A DNA stretch of 64,000 nt from Candidatus Marsarchaeota archaeon. Lineage in GTDB: Archaea; Thermoproteota; Thermoprotei_A; Marsarchaeales; Marsarchaeaceae. The DNA is taken from assembly GCA_023487445.1 (NCBI GenBank), contig JAMDBQ010000006.1:4157-68156 (forward strand), read 5' to 3'. The position numbers and the translations under genes were made by a program. Position 1 is the stretch's first letter; each line of letters begins with the position of its first letter. Of this stretch, positions 17,768 through 26,663 are shown piece after piece. Below the pieces are notes generated by a model. It made no database searches. It had not been told where the DNA came from and saw nothing but the letters and a program-made list of their open reading frames with translations.

Positions 17768-19701
17768 GTAGCCCCACCACCATCAAGGACCATTTAAGTC
17801 AGATCAGAACAACCATATTCACAAACTTTCCACCTGAAGGTGAGCTTAACAGAATAGAGTTCGAGGGGCCAGAGATAGCGCTGTACTGTAAGAATCCGTC
17901 GGCCGCGTTTGTGAGTGAAGACGTTGTCAGAAGGATGGCTAAGCTACTCAAAAAGCGTGTAGTCATCAGGTCTGACCCTTCAGTGAGGAAGAGCGAGGAG
18001 GAAACTGTAAAGATACTCGAGCAAATTATACCCAAGACCGCCGAAGTAAAGAACTACACCTTCAACCCTGATACAGGAGACGTGACTGTAGAGGCTCTTA
18101 GGCCTGGCGTGGTCATAGGGTCAGGAGGATCGATGTTGCGCTCGGCCATAATTCAGACTGGGTGGAGGCCCGTCGTGGTTAGAATACCCGAGATAAGGTC
18201 GGGTATCGTGTCCTCCATGCTACACGTATTGAACACTTCAAGAGAATACAGGCAGAGGTTTCTCAAAGAAGTGGGTGAAAGAATACACCGTCCCCCTGTA
18301 ATCACAAAAGGACCGATAAGGGTGATTCCCCTCGGCGCATTCGGCGAAGTGGGCAGGTCATCCATACTCATAGATACCGAGGAAAGTAAGGTTCTTCTGG
18401 ACTGCGGTCTTAAAGCCGAAGCCAATAACCTCGAGGAAGAGTTTCCTTCCTTCCACGCACTTGATTTCCCCGTAGAAGAGATAGATGCGGTGGTCATAGC
18501 TCATGCGCACATGGATCACCAGGGCTCGCTGCCATACCTCTTCAAATATGGGTTCAGGGGCCCTGTGTATATGACTCCTCCCACACGTGACCTGATGGTT
18601 CTTTCGCAGAAGGATTACGTCGACCTCAAACAGAGAATAGGTGAAACTCCACCCTACGGGGTTGAACACATAAAGAAGGCTGTTCTACATACAATAACCG
18701 TCGACTGGGGCGAGGTCACGGACATAACACCCGACATAAAGCTCACCCTAACTAACGCGGGCCACATACTGGGATCATCCGTGGTCCATCTCAATATAGG
18801 AGACGGGAAGTATAACGTAGTCTACACGAGCGACCTCAAATATGCGCCGACCAGTCTGCTCGACAAAGCAAACCCTGTCTTCCCGCGGGTCGATTGCCTA
18901 ATAATAGAATCAACTTATGGGGGAAGAGATAACATCATGCCCAACCGAAAGGACGCGGAGGAGAAATTCGCCGGGATAATATCAAAGACTTTGGCGCGGG
19001 GCGGGAAGGTTCTGATACCTACGCTTGCAGTTGGAAGAGCCCAGGAGATAATGATGATCTTGTCGGAGAAAATAACTGCGGGTGCAATCCCTGCTGTTCC
19101 AGTGTACCTTGATGGCATGCTCTTGGAAAGTACCGCAATCCACACAGCCTATCCGGAGTTTCTCGCCGTGAATGTGCGCAGGAAAATCTACCAGGGTGAC
19201 AACCCCTTCCTCCACAAGGCATTCATTCGAATCGACGACGTCTCGAAGAGGGACGAAGCCCTTGGTCAGGGGCCTTGCATAATAATGGCAACGAGTGGTA
19301 TGATGACGGGAGGCCCCGTTATAGAGTACTTCAAATATCTCTGCGAGGACGAGAGGAATACGCTGATATTCGTAAACTACCAAGCTGAGAACACACTGGG
19401 AAGAACAATCCTCAGGGGTGCCAAAGAGGCGACTTTTCCGAGCGGTGGTTCCAACGGACAGCGAACGTATAACATCAGAATGGAGGTGACCAGTATAGAA
19501 GGGTTCTCGGGTCACTCGGATAAATCGGAGCTACTGAGGTACGCCTCAGCGGTAAGGCCGTCGAAGTGGCTACTGATTAACCACGGCGAACCTAGTAGGT
19601 CAGCGGAGCTTGCGCGGGAAATGAAAAGGGTGTTTATGTATGGTAGAACGCGTCCACAGATTGAAGCCCCCGCGAATCTAGACACGATCAGGCTTCGTTG
19701 A
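17764..19701 (+). CDS. aCPSF1: KH-domain + metallo-beta-lactamase/beta-CASP RNase
   Basis: 645 aa; N-terminal KH-like region (VIGSGGSMLR), MBL motif HAHMDHQGSLP, beta-CASP region, C-terminal ..GFSGHSD... Confidence 0.9.
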   Translation: MSSPTTIKDHLSQIRTTIFTNFPPEGELNRIEFEGPEIALYCKNPSAAFVSEDVVRRMAKLLKKRVVIRSDPSVRKSEEETVKILEQIIPKTAEVKNYTFNPDTGDVTVEALRPGVVIGSGGSMLRSAIIQTGWRPVVVRIPEIRSGIVSSMLHVLNTSREYRQRFLKEVGERIHRPPVITKGPIRVIPLGAFGEVGRSSILIDTEESKVLLDCGLKAEANNLEEEFPSFHALDFPVEEIDAVVIAHAHMDHQGSLPYLFKYGFRGPVYMTPPTRDLMVLSQKDYVDLKQRIGETPPYGVEHIKKAVLHTITVDWGEVTDITPDIKLTLTNAGHILGSSVVHLNIGDGKYNVVYTSDLKYAPTSLLDKANPVFPRVDCLIIESTYGGRDNIMPNRKDAEEKFAGIISKTLARGGKVLIPTLAVGRAQEIMMILSEKITAGAIPAVPVYLDGMLLESTAIHTAYPEFLAVNVRRKIYQGDNPFLHKAFIRIDDVSKRDEALGQGPCIIMATSGMMTGGPVIEYFKYLCEDERNTLIFVNYQAENTLGRTILRGAKEATFPSGGSNGQRTYNIRMEVTSIEGFSGHSDKSELLRYASAVRPSKWLLINHGEPSRSAELAREMKRVFMYGRTRPQIEAPANLDTIRLR

Positions 19702-19742
19702 AACCTTCCGGCGAGTGCCATGGCTACTAGTTCTTCGGTTAC

Positions 19743-19910
19743 TCAAGGCTTTTTCTTAATCCAAGCATAAGACCTTATCTTACGCGACCCTCCGAAGCCG
19801 CAGGCGGAGCACCTGCGATTTCTTACATGGTAGGAGTGTCTGCCGCATCGTCTACAGCGGATGTGTGTCTTAGATCTTCCCCTCTTCCCCTGCGAAGCAG
19901 TTCCCTTCAA
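19743..19910 (-). CDS. rpl37e: 50S ribosomal protein L37e (55 aa; missed by the >=60 aa ORF track)
   Basis: Hand translation (TTG start): [55 protein letters not shown]. This has the C4 zinc ribbon and basic composition of L37e, immediately downstream of the Sm gene as in the conserved archaeal Sm-L37e pair. Confidence 0.85.
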   Translation of the reverse strand: MKGTASQGKRGRSKTHIRCRRCGRHSYHVRNRRCSACGFGGSRKIRSYAWIKKKP

Positions 19911-19921
19911 TTAAGACACAC

Positions 19922-20200
19922 CTACTTTGGGCTGGGAGATATCAGAATAACGTTATCTCCACGCACGATTATGGTTCCCAGACTGCGCGTCTTGTTATCT
20001 TCCTGCATTTCCTGAGCCTCTTCAATGAGGAGGTTAAGGTGTTGGTCGAAGCTCTTCATTCTTCCACGAACGTACCTTCCTCCTCTGAGCTTAACCAGCA
20101 CTACGGAGTTCAAAGCTTCGCCTAGAAGGGTTTGAGTATTAGCCTCTGCCATGACTGTACCCACATACTTACACGGGACACTATTAAGCTTAGTCGGCAC
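19922..20200 (-). CDS. Sm-like (LSm/SmAP) RNA-binding protein
   Basis: ..LNSVVLVKLRGGRYVRGRMKSFDQHLNLLIEEAQEM......RSLGTIIVRGDNVILIS = Sm1/Sm2 motifs. Likely start at internal ATG 20152 (MAEANTQ..). Confidence 0.85.
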   Translation of the reverse strand: MPTKLNSVPCKYVGTVMAEANTQTLLGEALNSVVLVKLRGGRYVRGRMKSFDQHLNLLIEEAQEMQEDNKTRSLGTIIVRGDNVILISPSPK

Positions 20201-20265
20201 GGCGCCTTAAACCCCAAGTCCGAGACATCGACCGATTTATTTGTACGCAGCTAGAACCACAAGAG

Positions 20266-20745
20266 ATGAACTATATAATACACCCCTTGAGCAAAAAGGA
20301 GTCCAAGTCTCTAATCACGCTAATTGAAGGTTCAGGTCTTGCGGAGCCCGGAAGCACCCTCTGGGCCACGCGCCTCGATAAGCACACAACTCTGTACCTT
20401 GTTGATAAGACCCGACCGATCTGGGTGGAAGCGAGCTCCCACCGCTTCCCATACATATCAGTGGCCGACAGGTTCGCACGCATGGCTTCGGAGGTGTGGG
20501 TGGATCAAGGGGCGGCTGCCAAGGTATCCGTGGGCGCGGATTTGATGTCTCCAGGCGTAGTAAAAGTCGGCGAGTTCAGAGGCGAATTTGTCTTGGTTAG
20601 GGACCCTGGGAATGCAGTGGTAGCTGTGGGAAGGTGGTGCGACGGATTCAGGGAAATGCTATCGCAGAGACATGGAAAGGTGGTGCTCAACCTGCATCAC
20701 CCCGAAGACAGAATAGTTCAAGCGGTCAAGCAGATGCTTGGTTGA
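20266..20745 (+). CDS. PUA-domain RNA-binding protein
   Basis: 159 aa; C-terminal half ..VWVDQGAAAKVSVGADLMSPGVVKV..EFVLVRDPGNAVVAVGR.. is PUA-like. Confidence 0.5.
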   Translation: MNYIIHPLSKKESKSLITLIEGSGLAEPGSTLWATRLDKHTTLYLVDKTRPIWVEASSHRFPYISVADRFARMASEVWVDQGAAAKVSVGADLMSPGVVKVGEFRGEFVLVRDPGNAVVAVGRWCDGFREMLSQRHGKVVLNLHHPEDRIVQAVKQMLG

Positions 20746-20801
20746 CTCCGGTTTTACGAAGGCTTAAATTGGCACGCCCGGTTAGACTTAACTTGGTAAA
20801 C

Positions 20802-20874
20802 GGGGCCATAGCTCAATTGGCAGAGCGCCCCCTTGGCGTGGGGGAGGCTCCGGGTTCAAGTCCCGGTGGCTCCA
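20802..20874 (+). tRNA. tRNA-Ala(GGC): tRNA-Ala (anticodon GGC), no intron
   Basis: GGGGCCA TA GCTC AATTGGCA GAGC G CCCCC TTGGCGT GGGGG AGGCT CCGGG TTCAAGT CCCGG TGGCTCC A; G3:U70 identity pair present. Confidence 0.9.
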
Positions 20875-20889
20875 CTTGTTTACGCACAA

Positions 20890-21014
20890 TCCATCCGGAA
20901 AACCGCTCTCCCGCGGTCGCATGCCAGTTTTCGGCTGAAACCTGTTCTTACCTTTTCCAGTGGAAACCTGAGGCAGGAAACTTCAACCATGGAACATTTA
21001 TTTAACGCCGGCGG
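20890..21014. promoter_or_regulatory. ORB-like (origin recognition box) repeats upstream of orc1/cdc6: candidate origin/autoregulatory region
   Basis: TCCAGTGGAAAC at 20956-20967 equals the ORB core as I remember it from Sulfolobus/Pyrococcus origins. Related direct copies are CCAGT..GAAACCTG at 20924-20944, CAGGAAAC at 20974-20981 and CGGAAAAC at about 20897-20904; the short AT-rich AACATTTATTTAAC follows. Confidence 0.4.
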
Positions 21015-22220
21015 TTGGCAGGTGGGCTGTTTATGGCGGCGCAGAATCTCTTCTCAGAATTCGGTCAAACAAAGATCTTCAAAAACAGGTCAGCCATGGT
21101 GTCCGACTTTGTTCCTCTGTCGCTTCCGCATAGGGAGAATGAGATACGTCGCCTCGCACAGATTCTTGCGCCGGGCCTGAGCGGAACACGTCCGAACAAC
21201 GTGTTCATGTACGGTCTAACCGGAACCGGTAAAACAGCGGTGTTGCGGTATGTGCTCACAATGCTCGAATCGGAGGCGGGCAGGCGCGGTGTAGCCGTAA
21301 GGGTGGTGTATGTTAACGCTCGAAAGGATGACACGGGGTATAGGGTGCTTACCCAAGTGGGGCGTCAGCTTGACCTGCAGCTCCCGTTCACAGGCCTATC
21401 CGTCTCCGAAGTTTACTCTAGGATAGTTGATCACGTGGACAAGGAGGAAGAGACCATAGTGATCTCGATCGACGAAATAGATAATCTAGTCAAAGACAAC
21501 TCGAGCAACCTCCTATACAAGGTGGCACGCATAAACAGCGACCTTGCTAAAGCTCAGGTATCACTCATAGGAATAACCAACGACGCCCGCATGCTTGAAA
21601 TACTTGATCCTAGGGTTCGCAGCAGCTTGGGTGAGGAGGAACTTGTGTTTGCACCCTACGACTCGGAGCAGCTCAGAGATATTTTGAATGTTAGGGCAAA
21701 AGACGCGTTCAACGACGGGACCCTGCAGGAGGGGGTGATACCGTACGTGGCGGCGCTCGCAGCCAAGGATCACGGAGACGCAAGGAAAGCAGTGGACCTC
21801 TTAAGGAAGGCGGGGGAGCTGGCTGAGCGAGTAGGATCGGATGTAGTCACTACCGACCATGTTAAACGGGCGCTTACCGAGATAGAAGCAGACACCACCA
21901 TGGAGATAATTGAGAGGCTTCCGCTGCACTCAAAACTCATTCTTGCATCCATTATGAAATTGGACGAATCAAACAGGAACCCAATAACAGGAGATGTCCT
22001 CGCAACCTACGCCCAGATGTGTTCAAGAATCGGCACCGAGGTTCTCACGGCGCGCAGGGTGAGCGAGATAATCAATGAGCTCGACATGGTTGGCATCGTG
22101 ACTACGAGCATACTTAACCGCGGCAGGTTTGGTAGAACTAAGAGAATCGCGTTAAACGTAGACCACAAGCACGTGTGGGCGTCGCTGACAAACGACCCAG
22201 TTCTTAAACAGCTAGTCTGA
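21015..22220 (+). CDS. cdc6: Orc1/Cdc6 replication initiator
   Basis: Walker A GLTGTGKTA, Walker B ISIDEID, sensor regions and C-terminal winged helix; ..LPHRENEIRRLAQIL.. N-terminal block. Start may be ATG 21033. Confidence 0.9.
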   Translation: MAGGLFMAAQNLFSEFGQTKIFKNRSAMVSDFVPLSLPHRENEIRRLAQILAPGLSGTRPNNVFMYGLTGTGKTAVLRYVLTMLESEAGRRGVAVRVVYVNARKDDTGYRVLTQVGRQLDLQLPFTGLSVSEVYSRIVDHVDKEEETIVISIDEIDNLVKDNSSNLLYKVARINSDLAKAQVSLIGITNDARMLEILDPRVRSSLGEEELVFAPYDSEQLRDILNVRAKDAFNDGTLQEGVIPYVAALAAKDHGDARKAVDLLRKAGELAERVGSDVVTTDHVKRALTEIEADTTMEIIERLPLHSKLILASIMKLDESNRNPITGDVLATYAQMCSRIGTEVLTARRVSEIINELDMVGIVTTSILNRGRFGRTKRIALNVDHKHVWASLTNDPVLKQLV

Positions 22221-22227
22221 GCAGGGG

Positions 22228-22635
22228 TTGTTCAAGATGGAAACTGGAGGTTCCTCGACACGCGGCATTCACCTTTTAGCGGAGCTATATGGTTGCGACA
22301 GAGACGCGACATCCGACTTGGAGACGGTCAGGCGCGCCATGCGTAAGGCAGCTCATGCCTCAGGGTCGTCGGTGGTTTCCGAACACTTTATACCTTTACA
22401 CCCCGGCGTGACGGGGGTTATTGTTGTGATGGAGTCGCACCTCTCTGTTCACACTTGGCCTGAGTCAGGGTATGCCTCGGTTGACGTGTACACCTGTGGA
22501 TTGAAACGTGACCCAGAAGCCTCGTTGTTGGTTATACGTGACGCATTCAACCCTAAATACATTCAAACCATGACTGTGGAACGCGGAGTCAGAGGTGGAC
22601 TGCGTCAGCTCAGTGAGGCTAGGCCAAAGGTTTAA
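22228..22635 (+). CDS. speH: S-adenosylmethionine decarboxylase proenzyme (pyruvoyl, SpeH type)
   Basis: HLLAELYGC.. and self-cleavage motif VMESHLSVHTWPE. Confidence 0.85.
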   Translation: MFKMETGGSSTRGIHLLAELYGCDRDATSDLETVRRAMRKAAHASGSSVVSEHFIPLHPGVTGVIVVMESHLSVHTWPESGYASVDVYTCGLKRDPEASLLVIRDAFNPKYIQTMTVERGVRGGLRQLSEARPKV

Positions 22636-22662
22636 CGGTCGATTTGGCTCAGGGCGAGGCCG

Positions 22663-23421
22663 GTGCTGGTTATTGACTGGCTGAACGAGTCGCTTGGTCA
22701 GGTGTTCAAGGTCAAACGTGTTCTCGCACACGAAAGGACAGCGTTCCAAGACGTCCTCATCTGCGATGTCGACTTCTTCGGCAAAACCCTGTTCCTCGAC
22801 GACCAGCTGCAGAGCACCCAGATTGACCAGGAGCTGTATCATTCAGCGCTGACCGAGCCCATGCTCACAGTGTTTAAACCCTCGAACATCTTGATTATTG
22901 GCGGCGGGGAAGGAGCCACAGCGAACCACGCGCTCAGACACTCGGACGCTGTGACAATGGTTGATATCGACGATAGACTGGTGCAGCTCTGCAGGCGGTA
23001 TCTCCCCGAGTTTCACGGCGGAGTCTTCTCGGACAAAAGGCTGAAGACCGTGTTCACGGACGGCGCAAGCTATGTAGCGCATTCAGGCGATACATTCGAC
23101 GCCATAATAGTGGATGGGACAGACCCCTCAGACAGGGGGCCGGGTGCGACGCTTTATTCGCAAGTCTTCTACAGGGACTGCTGGCAAAGACTTTCAAGTC
23201 GTGGGGTGTTCGTCACCCAAGCGGGGTCCTCCTATTACAGGAGGAAGGAGTTCAACTCAGTCAAATCCAGGATTTCAAAGGTTTTTAGGGACACGGCCGC
23301 CTACCACGTCTGGATTCCATCTTATGGCTCAACATGGGGATTCATAGTAGCCCGAAAAACCCCAATACCTAGAACCCTGCTACGTAGATCCGTCTCAGCA
23401 ACGGGGTCGACCATGACCTAG
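22663..23421 (+). CDS. speE: spermidine/polyamine aminopropyltransferase
   Basis: ..FQDVLI.D..FGKTLFLDDQLQSTQIDQELYHSAL..ILIIGGGEGATA..VDIDDRLV..IIVDGTDP.. = spermidine synthase blocks; follows speH. Confidence 0.85.
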   Translation: MLVIDWLNESLGQVFKVKRVLAHERTAFQDVLICDVDFFGKTLFLDDQLQSTQIDQELYHSALTEPMLTVFKPSNILIIGGGEGATANHALRHSDAVTMVDIDDRLVQLCRRYLPEFHGGVFSDKRLKTVFTDGASYVAHSGDTFDAIIVDGTDPSDRGPGATLYSQVFYRDCWQRLSSRGVFVTQAGSSYYRRKEFNSVKSRISKVFRDTAAYHVWIPSYGSTWGFIVARKTPIPRTLLRRSVSATGSTMT

Positions 23422-23517
23422 CTTAAACGAGTTCCACACCTGTATTCGGACGCGGCTCAGGTGCGGAGGCCACACCCAACCCAAAAACTTATACGACTAC
23501 ATCATCCTCAACTCTGC

Positions 23518-23616
23518 GCCGGGGTGGCCGAGTGGTTAAGGCGGCAGACTCGAGATCAGTGGACCAGTAATCTGCTGGTCCTTTGGGCCGCGCGGGTTCG
23601 AATCCCGTCCCCGGCG
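23518..23616 (+). tRNA. tRNA-Ser(CGA): tRNA-Ser (anticodon CGA) with canonical 15-nt intron (23555-23569)
   Basis: GCCGGGG TG GCCGAGTGGTTAAGGC G GCAGA CTCGAG[atcagtggaccagta]A TCTGC + long variable arm TGGTCCTTTGGGCCGC + GCGGG TTCGAAT CCCGT CCCCGGC G. Confidence 0.85.
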
Positions 23617-23883
23617 CCTACCGACAGCGGGGCGTTCTAGTAGGCATTTTATCCATCCGCTTCACCATGAATTAGCGCTGAATTTTTTAACACCTTGGAA
23701 GACACAGATTCATACATCGCGCTTACATACGCTACGCTTTGGAAACGCTATGTTCAGGCGCCGTCTGAATCCATTCTTGGGGGATGTGGCCCAGGCTACC
23801 TCCGCGCTAGGTCTGGGCGGCATGCGGGCGCACAGCCGCCGGAGGCGTCAAACCCTTAAAGGGTGTGAGCAGCTGACGGATCC

Positions 23884-25128
23884 ATGGCTCAGCTGACACT
23901 GGACGCCTTTGGCTCAGCCGAGGATGGGGTTTCCGGTTTGGTGGCTGACTTCCACATACATTCAAGCTACAGCAGGGCTACGAGTGCAGGGATAACCGCT
24001 TCCTCACTTGCCAGAGCCGCCCTTACCAAGGGGTTGAGTATGGTGGGTACAGGAGACTGCCTCCACCCAAAATGGCTTGCCCATCTAAAGAACAACCTCA
24101 CCCAGGTTTCCGAAGGAGTCTATGAGCACAGCGGGATCAAATTTGTTGTGACAGGCGAAGTCAACAGCCACTTCCAAGATGATACGGGAAAAATTCACCG
24201 TATCCACTCAATACTGATCCTTCCAGGATTGGACGCGGCGACGGCGCTCGCAGACAGACTTTCCGACAAGGCTGGTCTTCTCGCGGACGGCCGGCCCACG
24301 GTCAGGCTTCCCCCGGCTGAGCTTGTTGACGAACTGCGCTCGGTAGACCCGGAGTCTGAGCTTGTACCTGCCCACGTGTGGACTCCATGGTTCTCACTTT
24401 TCGGTGTAAGAGGAGGCTTTGAAAGCCTCGACCAGTGTTTCGGGGAGAGAAGTGCAAGCATACACGCGCTGGAAACCGGTCTATCAAGCGACCCCCCGAT
24501 GAACTGGAGTATAAGTGCCCTTGACAGATACACCCTTCTTTCGAACAGCGACGCACACTCCGACCACGTTTGGAGGATAGGCAGGGAGGCTAACATTTTC
24601 TCGGATAAATGCGCGTCCTACGCGGAGCTTGTGCACGCAATAAGAACAGGCGACGGCCTACTTTCAACCTTGGAAGTGCCTCCCGCATTCGGAAAGTACC
24701 ACTGGAGTGGCCACAGAAGATGTGGGGTCTCCCTGCCCCCCGAGGAATCTGTTAAACGTGGGGGATTATGCCCCGTGTGTAACAGGAGGATGACGCTCGG
24801 CGTGGACGAGCGGGTTCACAGACTGAGCAACAGGCCTAGAGGGTATGTCCCAAAGGGCAAGCCTAGTTTCCGGTACACCATTCCGCTTCACGAGCTTCTC
24901 CTATACTCCTACAGATCCTCGAAATACACAGATCCCCGCGTGGAACAAGTGTATGAGGCACTCATCCGCAAATATTCTAGTGAGCTTAGAGTGGTGCATA
25001 GCGCCCCCCTACAAGAGTTGTACTCCGTTAACCCGGTCTTGGGAATGGCTATAGAGAAACTCCGTGACCAAACACTTCATGTTAAACCGGGTTACGACGG
25101 GGTGTATGGCGTAATCGACTTGGGGTGA
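23884..25128 (+). CDS. endonuclease Q (EndoQ)-like PHP-domain nuclease
   Basis: N-terminal PHP motif DFHIHSSYSRATS..GTGDCLHPKW and C-terminal FGKYHWSGHRRC..GGLCPVCNRRMTLGVDERV zinc-finger block, as I recall for Pyrococcus EndoQ. Confidence 0.6.
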   Translation: MAQLTLDAFGSAEDGVSGLVADFHIHSSYSRATSAGITASSLARAALTKGLSMVGTGDCLHPKWLAHLKNNLTQVSEGVYEHSGIKFVVTGEVNSHFQDDTGKIHRIHSILILPGLDAATALADRLSDKAGLLADGRPTVRLPPAELVDELRSVDPESELVPAHVWTPWFSLFGVRGGFESLDQCFGERSASIHALETGLSSDPPMNWSISALDRYTLLSNSDAHSDHVWRIGREANIFSDKCASYAELVHAIRTGDGLLSTLEVPPAFGKYHWSGHRRCGVSLPPEESVKRGGLCPVCNRRMTLGVDERVHRLSNRPRGYVPKGKPSFRYTIPLHELLLYSYRSSKYTDPRVEQVYEALIRKYSSELRVVHSAPLQELYSVNPVLGMAIEKLRDQTLHVKPGYDGVYGVIDLG

Positions 25129-26663
25129 CGGCTAATCTCCATGCTCACGGTGAGCGCGAAAGCAATAAAGGATACGTCACCCAAACCCCTTCCGTGAGCC
25201 CTGTGACCGAGCGAAACGAGTATGAAATGGGTCTAACCGTAAAGAAGTCAGAGGACCTGTCAGGCTGGTACCAGCAGGTTGTTTTGAAAAGCGAATTGGC
25301 TGATTACTCGCCGGTCGCGGGGTGCATGGTTTTCAGGCCGTGGAGCTACTCTATATGGGAAAACCTCAGGGAGGCATTTGACTCAAAGATAAAGGACCTC
25401 GGGCACGCCAACGCATACTTCCCGCTCCTCATCCCCGAATCCCTGCTCAAACGTGAGGGAGAGCATTTCGAAGGGTTCATACCGGAAGTCGCTTGGGTCA
25501 CAAAGGGAGGGGACACAGAGCTCGACGAAAAACTCGCTATCAGACCCACCAGCGAAACAATCATGTACTACATGTATTCGAAGTGGATCAAAAGCTACCG
25601 AGACCTTCCCCTTTTGATAAACCAATGGAACAACGTCGTCAGATGGGATACGAGTTCAACCAGGCTTTTCCTGAGGACGAGGGAGTTCTTGTGGCAGGAA
25701 GGGCACACGGCCCATGCCACCGAGGGTGAATGCGACGTCGAAGTGAGGACGATCCTCGACGTATACGCATGGGTGGCTAGGGAGTTGCTCGCATTGCCCG
25801 TGATAAAGGGTAAGAAGAGTGAAGGAGAAAAGTTTCCAGGCGCCGTTTACACCGCGACGATAGAAGCCATGATGCCCGATGGCAAAGCCGTTCAGGCGGG
25901 CACTTCGCACAACCTTGGCCAGAACTTTTCGAAGGTGTTCGACATCAGCTTCCTCGACAAGGATCAAACCAAGAAGTATGCGTGGCAGACTTCCTGGGGT
26001 ATAAGTACGAGGCTGATTGGTGCGCTGGTGATGATCCACGGAGACGACCGTGGCCTCATAATACCTCCGCGCGTAGCGCCTGTTCAGGTGGTTATAGTGC
26101 CCATATATTACAAAGAAAGTGACAGAGCCGCAGTGACTGCTGAGGCGGACAGGGTGTCCGCCGAAATGAAAAAGACTGGGCTGAGGGTGAAGCTGGATGA
26201 CAGAGACGACCGCACACCGGGCTGGAAATTCAATGAATGGGAGCTGAAAGGTGTGCCTCTCAGGGTGGAGCTTGGCCCAAGGGATCTCGCAAGGAAGCAG
26301 GCGGTGCTTGTAAGACGCGATACAGGTGAAAAATTGCCTACACCCATCATCGGGTTAGCTCAGTCTGCTGAGTCTCTGCTTGAGGCCATACACGGAAACC
26401 TGCTTGCGAGAGCGGAGAACACACTTAGAGGGTTAACCACTGAGGTGGCTAGTTACGATGAATTCAAATCGGTGCTCGACTCTAAAGGCGGGTTCGTAGT
26501 TTCAAATTGGTGCACTCACTTAGAGTGTGAAAGGTCTGTCAAGCAGGAGACAGGGGCAACAGTGAGAGTAATACCCTTTGATTCACGCGCGGAAGATGGC
26601 TCTCGATGCTTCAAATGCGGTGCCAAGGCAACTGTTAAGGCGTACTTTGCTAGGTCATACTGA
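25125..26663 (+). CDS. proS: prolyl-tRNA synthetase (archaeal/eukaryotic type)
   Basis: ..WYQQVVLKSELADYSPVAGCMVFRP.. class II motifs, ..AVQAGTSHNLGQNFSK.., C-terminal zinc-binding ..CFKCG...YFARSY. Likely start ATG 25227 (MGLTVKK..). Confidence 0.9.
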   Translation: MTANLHAHGERESNKGYVTQTPSVSPVTERNEYEMGLTVKKSEDLSGWYQQVVLKSELADYSPVAGCMVFRPWSYSIWENLREAFDSKIKDLGHANAYFPLLIPESLLKREGEHFEGFIPEVAWVTKGGDTELDEKLAIRPTSETIMYYMYSKWIKSYRDLPLLINQWNNVVRWDTSSTRLFLRTREFLWQEGHTAHATEGECDVEVRTILDVYAWVARELLALPVIKGKKSEGEKFPGAVYTATIEAMMPDGKAVQAGTSHNLGQNFSKVFDISFLDKDQTKKYAWQTSWGISTRLIGALVMIHGDDRGLIIPPRVAPVQVVIVPIYYKESDRAAVTAEADRVSAEMKKTGLRVKLDDRDDRTPGWKFNEWELKGVPLRVELGPRDLARKQAVLVRRDTGEKLPTPIIGLAQSAESLLEAIHGNLLARAENTLRGLTTEVASYDEFKSVLDSKGGFVVSNWCTHLECERSVKQETGATVRVIPFDSRAEDGSRCFKCGAKATVKAYFARSY

